64,000 nucleotides of DNA from Octopus bimaculoides (GCF_001194135.2 NC_068988.1:59479121-59543120); one strand, 5' to 3'; shown: positions 1 through 12,707, counted from the first letter of the stretch. Made by a program: numbers and translations. The notes: a model not told the origin generated them from the sequence alone.

Positions 1-211
1 TTTTCATGTGTAGACGAGGGGAACGAAAAATAGAATGTCTATACCACTGCTCCATCACGCAGCATTCATCTGTATTACTACTACATCCTGCAACACCCAG
101 GATAGAAGTCGAACTCACAATTACATTGCAATGAACAAAATACATTAACAGCTAAGCTTCGACATTTGAGTACTGTTATATTTATTTCTGTATTGTCCAC
201 ATGGAGTTTAA

Positions 212-1370
212 ATATAGAGGGGATAAACAAGGACAGAAAAAGGGATTAAGTCGATTACATCGACCCTTGTGCGTAACTGGTACTTATTTAATCGAAACCT
301 AAAGGATGAAACGTAAAGTCCACTTCGGCGGAATTTGAATTTAGAACGTAACGGAACCTACAGATGAACGAAATTCTGATGAACGATAATATCCAACATC
401 GGCGTTCATTATAGATCGCTGGCCATTAAATCTATTGGGTGGAATCGCCCAACTATTTAATTGGAATATTTTCTTATATATATAATGAAAGGAAGTAAAA
501 TGCAGTTGATACATTTGGGCGTTGAGAACTGTAACTGAATGAATCTGAACATTTTGTGCAAGTTCACTTTATAGATTCAGAAAATGAAGCAACTACGCAC
601 AAGCATCCCCATTAACTTTAAATTTTGGTACACGTCCAGTAGAAATTTTTAGGGAAGAAGAATAGATTACAACCACCCTGGTTACACAACGGATATTATA
701 TTATAAACTTAGTTAGTCGACCTCGTCAGTATTTGAATTCAGAACGAAATGCGACAGATGAAATTGCCATAAGCATTTTATTTGATGGGCTAGCCTTCTT
801 TACTAATAACCAAAATACTTACAAAATTTAATAGTAACGATACCGAAAATAATAATCCTTTCTACTATAGGCAGAAAGTCTGAAATTTTGAGGAGGGGAA
901 AGTGGACGATATCGACCCCTGTACTCAGCTGGTACATATTTGATCGACCCCGAACGGGTAAATTTCAAAGCCGATTTCGGAAGAATTTGATCTGAGAACG
1001 TAAATGCATACAAAATGCTGCAAAGTAATTCGTTCGTTTTCCTAGCGATTCTGCTGGTTCACCGCCTTAATACCAAAAATTATAATAAACTTAAGAAAAA
1101 CATTTTATTTTATTCAAAGCAATACTTTAGATTCGTTCTCTGACTTTAATTATTGGCTTCAAGTGTTGGCAAAATTCCAGAAACTTCGGAGAAGAGGTGA
1201 AGATTACATTGACCTCAGTGTTCATATGTTACTCATTTTGTCACCCCGAAAAAATGAAAAGCGAAGTCAGACTCGGCGGAATTTGAATTCAGAAGGTTAA
1301 AACGGACGAAATACTGCAAGAAGTATGCTACGCCACGTGAGCTAACGATTCTGCCACATCACCACCTTAC
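212..1370 (-). mobile_element. Cluster of 4 same-orientation copies or fragments of tRNA-headed SINE family A (~212-375, 640-790, 860-1068, 1160-1370)
   Basis: Recurrent + strand block gtcgattacatcgaccc..actggtacttattt..atcgaccccga(aa)ggatgaaa..aaagtcgacctcggcggaatttgaactcagaacg..ctaacgattctgccagctcaccgcc. On the minus strand it reads GGCGGTGAGCTGGCAGAATCGTTAG (A-box-like) and GAGTTCAAAT (B-box-like). Confidence 0.85.
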
Positions 1371-1671
1371 ATTCATTATTAGCAATAATATCCACCAATG
1401 TAAGGTAAAAGGGTTTATATCTCGAATATTTCACTAAATGGTTTCGTATTGTGTGTGTGTGTGTGTGTGTGTGCGTATGTGTGTAGCAAGTAAGTGTATT
1501 GTCGGTTCTGTAACATTAAATTCAGTTGCCTTTGTTGCATACTGGATATTCGTAAATATTTTTGTAAATATTCTGAGTATGTAGTTGTTTTCGTTTATGT
1601 TGCTGCTACTGTTGTTATCGATCCTGTTTCGGAACATGACAAAACTGATCGAAATGGAGCATGATTCAAGA

Positions 1672-1754
1672 ACTCTCTCTCTCTCTCTTTCTCTCTCTCA
1701 CTCACACACACTCTCACTCTCTCTCTCTCTCACTCTCTCTCTCTCACACACACA

Positions 1755-1787
<33 letters not shown>

Positions 1788-1800
1788 TCTCTCTCTTTTT
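1672..1800. repeat. (CT)n/(CA)n compound microsatellite
   Basis: Direct reading; explains the SLSLS ORF at 1585-1815. Confidence 0.95.
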
Positions 1801-2984
1801 TTTTGTCTAGAGTAAAATGCTGCATGACATAAAGTCTAAATCATACAGCCTTTTCCCCGTTCATACTATGTGTAGGACAAGATTAATTAATATTTACTTT
1901 GTTGAAGAGTATAAAGTTTAATTAGTGAGGCTTTGAATGTAAAATGATTTGCTTCCTATATCTACATACGCATACGACCTCGTAAAGCTTCCCACTTCAA
2001 AGTTACTGTTGAATAACTTTCATATGAATGGCTGTCTAGGTAGCATGTTCATTGCGGAATAATATTGAATAGTGCATAAAGAGGTAAGGTGAAGTAGCAT
2101 TCCTCATTCCTTAATCTTAGCTGTCTATAAGAAAAAGTGTTAGAAATGCCTGTCAAGTGTCCATCATATCGCACCCTATTGTGTTAAAACAAGGCATACA
2201 TTCGTCTATACTACTACTTCTACTACTATACACGATGGACGCGATATACAAGCTAATGTAGGAGCATTTATGCTTTTTTGTGTGTGGTGGGATACAACAA
2301 TAAACAGTCAGTTATCACTCAGAAAGGGTAAGATGTACAAAGAGACCTGATTCAAGATTTATTCAGATTTAAACATCAATAAGAACAACGTTTATACCGA
2401 AATAGTTATTCAGATTGGGACTATTGAGGTTATAATTAAGGCTAAATAAAAGTTTAATATTTACACTGACGAGAATGATTGGTTCGTAGAAATTATAAGG
2501 ACGAAAAATATATTTTGGGGAATTTATTTGCCGCCTTTTACACTTCAGAGTTCAAATGCGATAACGGTCAAAATAGCTTTTCATCATTTCGAAATCAATA
2601 AAATAATACACGAACGAAGCGCTGAAATCGATGTTATTCAATGTTCCTTTCCAAAATTATTTGAGGCCGTGTATCTATGTAAGAAATCAATATTTAAAAT
2701 CGATAGATTCGAAAAAGTAACGGACCAAATACTCTATGATTTTTAGTGAAGACACTTTATGTTTCTGATTTTAAACTAGGTCAACATTGTCTTTTCTTTT
2801 CCGGGGCCATTAAATTAAATTGCTCCTTAAGTCACAGGGCTGATCTAAATAATTATGCCGACCACTTGTATTGCAAACCATCTGCAGATTGCAGATTACA
2901 GTATTTTCGACGATACTTCAAATCGATCGCTTTGATCTCCAGACCATCTCAGAAGTTTTGGTTCTAGATATCTATGCAAAGGCG

Positions 2985-3352
2985 GGGCTATATGGTAAGA
3001 ATGTTGCTTTCAGACAGCATAGTTCCAGGTTCAGTCCCATTGCGTGACTTCTTGGAATTGGTTAGCGGAAACAGAAAGAAGACCCACATATATGTATATA
3101 TATATATGTATGTGTGTGTGAGAGAGAGAGAGAGGAGGAGATGGCGTGTGTTTGCTTGTCATGCACCACCAATTGACGTCCGGCGTAGGTTCGTTTACTT
3201 TTCTATAAGTAGTGGTTCGGCAAAAAGGCGGATAGAATAAGTACCCGGCCTTAAAATAGATAAGTACCAGCGCCGATTCGTTCCACTACAAGTCTTCAAC
3301 TCTTCAGCGTAGTACCCATCATAACCGCAGTCTAATGACTGCAGAAGTAGAA
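2985..3352 (+). mobile_element. tRNA-headed SINE family C with internal (TA/TG/GA)n tract
   Basis: Head atggtaagaatgttgcttt..ccaggttcagtccc; 3' part gtggttcggcaaaaag..gatagaataagtacc..ccgcagtctaatgactg. The reverse complement of the same 3' part is at 16760-16887. Confidence 0.7.
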
Positions 3353-3589
3353 GGTACACGATATCCCAGAAACAAATTCAAATATTACATCGATAAATCT
3401 TTGATGCGTATTATGCGTGCGTGTGCGTGTGTGCATGATATATTTCGTCTTCAAGCTTGAAATTAAAATCAGAGAAACTTTAATGCTATAAAAATGAAAC
3501 TATTATATAAAGGTGGCGAATTAGAGGAATCGCTATTGCATCTAATAAAATGTGTTGTTTTCATTTTTCGGTTCTCTACGCTCTACTTT

Positions 3590-3760
3590 CGAAATGCTTG
3601 GCAGCATTTCGTTCGTATGAATGTTCTGAGTTCAAATGCTTCCGAGGTCATCTTTACCATTCGAAATTGTCATGATTCGGGGTCGATAAAAGGTACCAGT
3701 TGATTACTGAGGTCGATGTACGGACTAACTCCTTACTCGAAATAGGTTACCTTCCACAAC
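3590..3760 (+). mobile_element. SINE family A copy
   Basis: gttctgagttcaaatgcttccgaggtc..ggggtcgataaaaggtaccag. Confidence 0.75.
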
Positions 3761-3879
3761 AAATGGAAATCAATATAAGTATTGTTTGTTACTCCAGGCT
3801 CGGTTTGCATCGTATACGGATGTGGCGTCGACACCATTCCTCTACAAATAATAACACTGCTTCTAATTTTGCTACGTTA

Positions 3880-4010
3880 GCAGGAGAGGTATTGCCGATT
3901 ACATCTCTCCTGATGTTGATCTGGTTCTTAGTTTATCAACCCGAAGTGAGGAAAGACAAAGTCGACCTCAATGGAATTTAAATTCGAAGTAAATAGGCGG
4001 AAGAAACGCT
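3880..4010 (-). mobile_element. SINE family A copy (degenerate)
   Basis: tttatcaacccgaag..aaagtcgacctcaatggaatttaaattc. Confidence 0.7.
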
Positions 4011-4099
4011 AGTGAATAATATTATTTCAGAAAATCATGATAACAATTCTTTTCTACTCTACGCAAAAGGCTTAAAATTTTGGCGGGAGGGGAGGGGTA

Positions 4100-4678
4100 T
4101 ATTGGGATCTTTTTTAAAACAGGGGCCACATTTTTCATTAACGAAACACTTTGAAACTTGGAACACTGGTAGAATGTGTCATATAAAACATCTTTTCTCT
4201 TCTTTAAAAAAAAAAGAAATCCCTAAGTTATTCCATATTAAAGTTGTCGTATTTCTGTAATTTCAACCAATCACTGACGTCCATTCAGCCGATATACATT
4301 AAGTGCCGACTACATAAACAAACGATTCTGAAACAATTCTATCGGTTAGGGTTAGGGTTAGGGTAAAACAGCAAATTCAAAAAGAAAAAAAGCAAATAAA
4401 ATGAAGAAAAAAAAAAGAAAATGAAAAAAGCAAATTTAAAATGAAAAAAAGCAAATAAAACGAAGCTATGGNNNNNNNNNNTATACTTGTCAGTGATTGG
4501 TTGAAATTATCGAAATAAGGCAATTTTTTACATGAAATAAATTCGAATACAAAAATATTTTTCTGTTCTATAACACAAAATAGATAAGTATACGAAGTTT
4601 GAAAGTCTTTCGGTACCAAAAACACTACGTAAAACATTAATGAAAAATGTGGCCCCCGTTTTAAAAAAGATCCGTATA
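4100..4678. mobile_element. ~580-bp non-autonomous TIR element (MITE, Tc1/mariner-like TA flanks) containing (GGGTTA)3
   Basis: ~43-bp TIRs: left gggatcttttttaaaacaggggccacatttttcattaa, right ttaatgaaaaatgtggcccccgttttaaaaaagatccg. Internal IR pair aatttcaaccaatcactgac (~4259) / gtcagtgattggttgaaatt (~4489). TA at both ends. Confidence 0.85.
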
Positions 4679-4679
4679 T

Positions 4680-5047
4680 TGATAAGTTCACTCACCAGTA
4701 CTCAACTGGTACTTATTTTACAAGCCCCGAAAGGATGAAAGGCAAAGTGGAACTCGGTTGAATTTGAACTCAGAAAGCAAAGACAGACGAAATACCACCC
4801 TAACGATTCTGGCAGCTCACCGCCTAATAGTAATTATCAGTATAATTATTTCAAATTTTTGCCAGCTCGTGGGAGGTGGGGATGAGTCAATTACATCGAC
4901 GCTAGTGTTCCCCTGCTACTTATTTTATCGACCCCGAAGGATGAAAAGCAATGTCGACATTGGCTTAATTCGAACTAAGAAAGCAAAGACAGACGAAATG
5001 CTACTAAACAATTTGCCAGGCGCCCTAACGATTCTCCCAGCTCACCG

Positions 5048-5048
<1 letters not shown>
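4680..5048 (-). mobile_element. Two tandem SINE family A copies (4680-4830, whose tail continues at 4055-4097 across the MITE; and 4850-5048)
   Basis: Same diagnostic blocks as at 212-1370; both end in caccgcct followed by taat on the + strand. Confidence 0.85.
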
Positions 5049-5165
<117 letters not shown>

Positions 5166-5167
5166 TA

Positions 5168-5706
5168 ATGCCCCAATGCAATACCAGGCACTGGCTCTGA
5201 TCTTAACTGACTGGATGTGTTATTATGTACAGGTTTATATCTTGGTGTAAAACGATGGTCTACAACGAATAATGTGCCGAATACCACAGATCTGCTTGTC
5301 AGTTGCTTGTCGTAAAGCAGCTGAGCATGTCCCTTAGTGGCTGACAATATGTGCTTCTCTGATGACAAGCAATAGTAGTGGGAGAGCATCATAGTCATGT
5401 ATTCAAAGGAATTCTTTCGGATTTGTATAATTCATCTCTGGAAACATGTGTGTTTTGTTCTTCAACCTTTAACAACTCTCCGTCACAGACATTTTTTGAG
5501 GATCAGCTACTCACCCTGAAGACAGGTCTAACTGGGCCCCACCTGCCAGGTAATGCGCTTTTTATCTTGATATGATCTAGCACAAATATGGTTGTGATGC
5601 ATGTCTCTAATGTACACTTAAAAGACGGATTGTCATGGCGGGTATACTGTGTTTCGTATATACGTACCCCAGTTTCACTTTGATGACATGAATTGCTCTC
5701 TCTCTC

Positions 5707-5707
<1 letters not shown>
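5168..5707 (+). mobile_element. ~540-bp interspersed-repeat module flanked on both sides by (TAA)n; class unresolved (R4/Dong 3' UTR or non-autonomous derivative suspected)
   Basis: Complex non-coding sequence from tgccccaatgcaatacc to ctctctctc, bounded by (TAA)n on both sides. It resembles a repeat I recall from Octopus sequence; not verified. Confidence 0.55.
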
Positions 5708-5747
<40 letters not shown>

Positions 5748-6689
5748 TGATGATGATGATGATAATGATAATGATGAGAAAGGAAATCGGCAGCTATTAT
5801 CACAAAGAAAAAGAACAAAACATCTGTCGAGATATTAATAATCTTGAAACTATTGGTGATGATAACGAGAATGAGGATTACGATAATGAATGGGATTGAA
5901 TGTTGAAAATAGACGTTTCTTATGTTTATAATTGGAAGTGATGAAGTGGAAGAATAGGATGATGACGATTATGTTGATTATGATATGGACGAAGGTGTAG
6001 AAGATAATTTTAATAGAGCCTCTTAATGTAAATTGATAATAATCCTTTATAATGAGGCTGCTTAGTATTGTTGCTGGAGATGATGATGATGGGGATACGA
6101 AGGAGAAGAAATATAAAGATGAAGTACTCGGCTTGTTTCATATTTCGTTGACTCCCTAGTGGTGATAACTACGAATGCTTCTCTTTCAGAAATTGAGCGA
6201 ACTGATGCTATACTTTAGATTCTAAATTGATAATAATAGAAAGCTCACACCCTCTCTACGCTCCTGATACATAAACAGTGACACACTCAGAAAGTTAATA
6301 TTCTCATAGTTTTTACATATGTACTCAAAACCATGTTGTATGAATTGTACACAAAATTACTTATAAAGGAACACGGATCATATAGGTAGTTTACCTATTT
6401 TAGTAGTAAAATCATTCAAACCTCCATATTTTATCACCCCACCATTTATCTTATAATTTGTTCTGTATTTTTATGGATGAACATATAATATATATGGTCA
6501 TTCTTCAAAATTGCCAAAAGGCATTTAATTTTGCTCAAACCATAGACCTGAGTTAAATACGCATAAAAGACTGTGAAATCTATCTAATGTACAGAATGAA
6601 GTCTACCAAACAATAAGACAGGACACGAAATGTAGACATGGTTAGAGCTTGTGGCTTAGTAGTTTTTCGAATCTGCCCACTCAAAATTT

Positions 6690-7140
6690 ATATATAAACG
6701 AGGTTAAAAATATCTGTCCACCTGCTTCTTGAATAGAAAGTAGTTTGGGCGACAGAGTGGCAGAACTTTCAGAAATTTCATGTGGATGCCTTGCAATATT
6801 TCATCCGTTGTGTTTTTGTCTTTGATCAAATTTCATCTTGGCCTTCTTTGATGATGGATTTCATCATCAAATTTATATAACACCGCCATCTCTTACATTA
6901 TATCTACAACCACAAAAGCTGCATTGGTTCCTTCTGAGAACTTCCAAAGCCATTCCATGAAATTTTCAATGTTCCATTTTCTTTCTCTTTTCAACTTCAA
7001 TGGATCTATAAGCAGTTCCATATTGAAAAAGAATACTGCCAGCTTTTCTCTTAGTCGCAAGTACATAAGTTTGGCTAATCCCTTCTTAATGGTTCTGCCC
7101 CAATAGGCTCGCCGACCAGATACGAAATGCGGAAATGCTT
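6690..7140 (-). pseudogene. Possible decayed CR1-type LINE ORF2 C-terminal fragment
   Basis: Weak similarity only (..LKRERK..WLWKFSEG; terminal FKKQVDRYF resembles the CR1 FKxxLDxY end). Confidence 0.25.
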
Positions 7141-7229
7141 TCAATTGCTTAAATCAAATAATGTTGGTAGCTTTCACAGTGGCTCAACTAAAGCAGAAAT
7201 AAACCTGTACCGCAGAAACTGCCATCATG

Positions 7230-7480
7230 TTCAACAAATTATTTAATTTCACACTCTACTACTCAGACACTGATTTTAATTTTAACACCTCCAACCTAAT
7301 GCGAATAGCCATTAACATCATGTGCTCGTTCAATCTAACTCTCTTCTCAGTTATAACCAATTTCGTTTCCGTAAAGCAAAATCCACAGAGCATCTACCTA
7401 CACTCTCATATCACCCATCATTATTCTTTGGAGACCTTCTAGATATCAACAAAAGTTTCGAATGAGTTTAACGTGCAAAT
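7230..7480 (+). pseudogene. CR1/Jockey-group reverse transcriptase fragment
   Basis: QFRFRKAKST..LDINKSFE*V resembles the RT motifs QYGFRKARST..LDISKAFDRV. Confidence 0.55.
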
Positions 7481-8109
7481 TTCAATTTTAAGTACGGCCA
7501 CTAAAGGCACCACTTATCTTTTATCACTTGGACCGTTAATTTCCCATGATATCGTATTCTTGCGTCACATGCTAAGGGTGATATTTCTGTCCCACTTTTA
7601 ATAGCGATGTTCCTCCAACGCTGGTTCTGTTTTTTCCATAAATCACAAGCAATGCTTAATTCTACTTATATGAAACGGCACTTCATCCGCCCCGAACATC
7701 TATTTTGTGTGCTTTATTTATATCCAATCTAAACACTACACATCGAACATGCATTGAGTCTGAAAACGGAGCCATTGATACAGCAATACCGTGACAAACT
7801 TGACTGTTTTAACAAGAGAAAAAATATTTCAAGCATTACTCAAATGAAGGAAAACAACGGTATCACAGACCTTCTAAATATGAGTGATAATCTGGTATAG
7901 ACCTCGCACTTCCTCCAAATATTAGGCACAAATATTCCCTACGATTTTCCTCTCTCACTCTCTCTCTCTTTCTCTCTCTCTCTCTTTCTCTCTTTCTCTC
8001 TTTCTCTCTCTCTCTCTCCCTCTCTTTCTCTCTCAATCTTCCTCTCTCTCTCCCCCCTCTCTCTCTCTCTCTCAATCTCCCTCTCTCTCTCTCTCTCTCT
8101 CTCTTGAGA

Positions 8110-8420
8110 CCCAGAAAATATGTTAGTTCCAAAAGCGACTGATATTATACAAAGCTCAACTACGGTAAACAATGGTGCATTTCACGCACATCTCAGGCGT
8201 TGTTGTACTCTGAATACTGACATACTGTTTTAAATGCATATAAAGGCCACCTGGGCGATTGCTATTATTTCATTATCAGATATGCTCTAGTATCTGGACC
8301 TTCGATGTACAATCATTTCTATTACTATTGTAACATATCGGTTCCTCATTTCTAAATTAGCTAGTCTCGTGCCTTGACCGTAAAGTTTCCTGCGAATGAC
8401 TCACCTCCCCACCTTAAGTG
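8110..8420 (-). pseudogene. Possible heavily decayed RTE-type RT fragment
   Basis: RRKLYG..RNRYVTIVIEM and FRVQ..PLFTVV weakly echo RTE RT motifs; many stops. Confidence 0.25.
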
Positions 8421-9082
8421 ACACTTGGTGTTTCTAACCTTCTTAGGTGTACTAGATAATAAACACATTCCTTCAACCCTACACTATATCAACCGCTTGA
8501 AATCTTATCCCGTTTGTAAATTTCATATTGCAAGCAATATTAAACGTATCATTTTCACCAGCATTGAAGATCTTAGAAAATACATGAGCTTTGTCCCTTC
8601 TTCCTGATACAACAAATTTCTGAAATACACTGCTTTATATATCACCATAAATCACTAACACAACGGACAATGACAACAGCCAAAATGAACCAACAAGATA
8701 ACAATTTAATGGTCACACAATTTCATCGAAATAACAACGACGTCTTCTTCACTGCGCAGAGTAAAGTCGTAAAAACAATGAATGTCATAATGGACGAGGT
8801 ATTCTTAGATATTGGAAGAAAGACGTCATTGTCACTGTTTGGAAGTATTTTGTCCGTACTGCATCTCTCATACGGACAAACCTAGAAATAAGCTATACGA
8901 ACGAAAAGAAAACCATCAATTATAAAACGCATTCAAAAATTTAATGCAGGGCTACGTACGTCGTTCAATGAAAGCCGTTATATGAATGGTGCTTAGAATT
9001 GGCTCAAGAGAGATAAAACTAAATGTCTGACTTGAGGGGAGATAGATTTCAGAAATAAAATTTAAAAATGTAGGTGCAGAAG

Positions 9083-9083
9083 G

Positions 9084-9145
<62 letters not shown>
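9083..9145. repeat. (CTA)n microsatellite
   Basis: Direct reading. Confidence 0.95.
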
Positions 9146-9146
<1 letters not shown>

Positions 9147-9418
9147 GCAGTGATATACAAACTTTCGTAGTAAACTTTGTTGTGCTTGTGTAGATATATG
9201 TGTGGGTGTATGTATTTATATGCATGCATATACATATATGTGTATGCGTATGTGTGTGTATAAGTGTGTGGGAGTGGATGGCTGAGTATTAGTGTGACTG
9301 CAGGCATATAAGTATGTATTACGGCTATATGTACACGTGTGTGTGTGTGTGTGTGTGTATGTATTTATGTGTACGTAATACTGTATGTATGGATGCATTG
9401 GCGGTCGGACAGACTTAC

Positions 9419-9434
9419 CTTTCCTGCCGCGCAT
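9419..9434 (-). CDS. Candidate initiator coding exon end: ATG CGC GGC AGG AAA G|gtaagt (MRGRK, phase-1 intron) of an unidentified host gene
   Basis: Minus strand reads tataaaacaaATGcgcggcaggaaAG|GTAAGT: A-rich invertebrate Kozak context and a consensus donor in an otherwise AT-rich region. No downstream exon identified. Confidence 0.4.
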
Positions 9435-10545
9435 TTGTTTTATAAATTCAATTTATTACGCAATTCAGTAGTAAATACAGAGTATAGAGTTACAATTTGA
9501 ATTTATTTTAGGGGGAAAAAATGCCAACACTATTCATTACACACGCGCACGGACGCCCACACTTATATTTACATAGTTATATGTGCATACAAATACACAT
9601 ACATACATACATGCATGCATGCATGCATGTATAAATACAAAGATTCATGTGAAAACACACAAATTATAATCCGTCCGTTACGAAACTCGTACGATGTCAA
9701 CGTGTGTGAGTTTATGTAAGTGTTTGTGTGTGTGTGTGTGCGCGACTGTTAACAAAACGAAAAGCATGCTCTATAAACGGAAATATAGTGAATCCAACTA
9801 TCTACTCATTTAAAATTGCATCATTTAGTGAATGCTGTTGTTCGCCAAATACAATATTATAAGTAGATAGATAAATATTTAGCATTCCAAGTTATCAGGG
9901 CGAAAATTCGATCATTATTTTCGCGTCACCGCCTTATACTCTCGGTGTACATGTGTTCGATTTCCTGATCCAAGGCATTATTACACACATTTATACTGTG
10001 CTTACAATTACTACTAATAATAGTACAGAACCATCAATAATTAAATAAATATGGATATAAAAATTACGTATTGTTTATGACAAAATAATGAGTAGATGTA
10101 GCATTTCAAAAATATAAGCAGTCTTCTAAATTCGAAGAACTCCGACCGTATGACTAGTATATTGTTTACATTATCACTGAATCTAAGAGTAATGATGAAT
10201 AATCAGTTTCGGCTAGCTGATGATCTAATATATCAGATATATTAATTATTAGGAAATTAATTCCCACGACGAAAGTACCGTTCTTCTCATTAGACAATAT
10301 GTCAGCAGGTGCGTGCATGATTAAGTGAGTATGTCGGTGTCTATATGTATATGCTTATATTTGTTCGCGTACACACACACACATACACACACACACACAC
10401 ACACATACACACACATTTATATATATATATATATGACAGAGATGTGACCCTCCTGATACAGGAATGCAGGAATGCCTCTAAGGATAATCGAAGAATCCCA
10501 CTGTCCGAGATTTCCCTGAAGCTCCAGGAGCAGGTATTTTTTCCA

Positions 10546-10624
<79 letters not shown>

Positions 10625-10639
10625 TTAATAATAATAATA

Positions 10640-11085
10640 TAAAAATCCTTTCAAGGCCTAAATTTTTTTGTGGTGGGGAATAGTCAATAATATCAACCCC
10701 AGTATAAAACTTAATTTATCGACCCCGAAACGATGAAAGCCAATTCAACCTTGACGAAATTTGAACTCAGAACGTAACGACAGACGAAATACCGTAAGTA
10801 TTTCGCCTAGCGCGCTAACCATTCTGCTAGCTCCCCACCTTAATGATAATAATAACAATGATGATTATGATGATGATGTTGACGACGATAATGATTATCC
10901 TCTTTCTGTAATAAATATGTGGATTACATCGGTTGCGTGCGTTACTCGTTCTTATTTCATTCCACCGACCTCGAATGGAGGAAACGCAAAGTCGACTTCG
11001 CGGAACTTGAAATCAGAACGTAAGGATTGACGAAATGCCGCTAAACATTTTGCCTGGCTTGCTAAAGATTTCGCTAGTTCACTAC
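10640..11085 (-). mobile_element. Two tandem SINE family A copies (10640-10840, 10910-11085) embedded between (AAT)n tracts
   Basis: Diagnostic SINE-A blocks; (AAT)n at ~10547-10640, ~10840-10895 (degenerate) and ~11088-11195. Confidence 0.85.
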
Positions 11086-11089
11086 TTTA

Positions 11090-11164
<75 letters not shown>

Positions 11165-11612
11165 CGTAATAATCATAATAATAATGATTATAATAACAAT
11201 GAGAAGATGATGCTGATGATGGTGATCTACAAAATATAATGTTGGTCATATATTAAAAACAAAACTTTTCTATAAACGTGTTCACATGAATGTGCTTTTG
11301 TTTGGCAAAGCTTAAGTTTGGGTTCCTCTGTACATCGGAATTTACTCCATCATAACTTTTGGGAAAATAATAACTGTTCATGAAATTAAGCAGTGATTTG
11401 CTTTCCAGAGTTAAGATTCATTAACATTCGGACATTTGGCACACTAACTATACGAGATTAAATGTGTTATTTACTATTTTATAGATTTTTCAAGTGATTT
11501 ATCTACATTACCAACTTTGTTTCGTATAACTTTTCATAAATAGTACACACAGCACACACACACGACACACACACACACACATACACACACACACACGACA
11601 CACACACACACG

Positions 11613-11660
<48 letters not shown>

Positions 11661-11986
11661 CACACACACACACATAAATTTCTAACAGTAACACGTTTAC
11701 AAGAGTATGCCTTACCCTATGCTAAGATGTCGTACATATGAATCTAAAAGTAATTTAACTAATATTAAAGTTTTACAAAATCGAAGGTAAGAAAGACGCC
11801 GGTCAATGTATGAATGAACAGAAACTTCTGTCTCCCCGCTCAATACACAAACCTGTATCCCCATAAACCGTTGTAAATTTTCAAATATTCATTTTAAGGA
11901 AAGTTAAGAGGAAACGAATAGAGGAAGCTAGAAATTGTATATAAGTTTTTTTCTTTCACACACCGATACACACAAACACAAACATA

Positions 11987-12020
<34 letters not shown>

Positions 12021-12325
12021 GTACATACAATGAATCAATATTGGACTTAAATAAACAATTTCTGGAGTTTTAAGATAAATATTTTCTTTTATTGATTAAT
12101 GTTTTCGAGTTGAACACACTATCCTGCGTCACCAATATTTTATTCTCTTCAGTTTGAAGAAGTATTTCGGATTTCATCTACATGATTATATTTTTCTTTC
12201 CTTTCAATTTCAATTTCAAAAATGAAACAAGCATTATTTTTAATATTTTATACACACACACACTCAACTCCAAAATATCAACGAACTTCAAAAAGTTATG
12301 TATATACATTATAAATTTCACTTAC

Positions 12326-12351
12326 CTTTTAATCTTGGGAAGTTGGTATTT
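12326..12351 (-). other. Candidate 26-nt microexon
   Basis: Minus strand ttgtgttcttttggtaccttgtggtttAG|aaataccaacttcccaagattaaaAG|GTAAGT. It lies upstream of the 9434 ATG on the same strand, so it would be 5' UTR if real. Confidence 0.3.
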
Positions 12352-12566
12352 CTAAACCACAAGGTACCAAAAGAACACAAAATTATAAACACAGCAGTTT
12401 GTTGATAAGATTTAGTTTATATGAAAAGATGTGTATGGATTGTTTGAACGATGTGTTTATGAATGTATAACTATTTGTATCTGACACACATACATACATA
12501 TGCGTGTGCCTGTGTGTGTGTTTGAGTGTTTGTGGGTGACTCTACGAGTGTCTGTTGGTGAGCCTG

Positions 12567-12597
<31 letters not shown>

Positions 12598-12707
12598 TGG
12601 AAGCACACTACACTATTTCTCTTGCAATTTTATTTAGACTTACGTTGAAATATATGCTTTTGTGTATGCGGGTGTGCTTATGTGTGTTTGAGTATTTGAG
12701 TGCATGT

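Noticed and set aside
4346-4365. (TTAGGG)3 as a telomere or chromosome-fusion relic
   Set aside because: Only three units, lying inside a TIR-bounded MITE.
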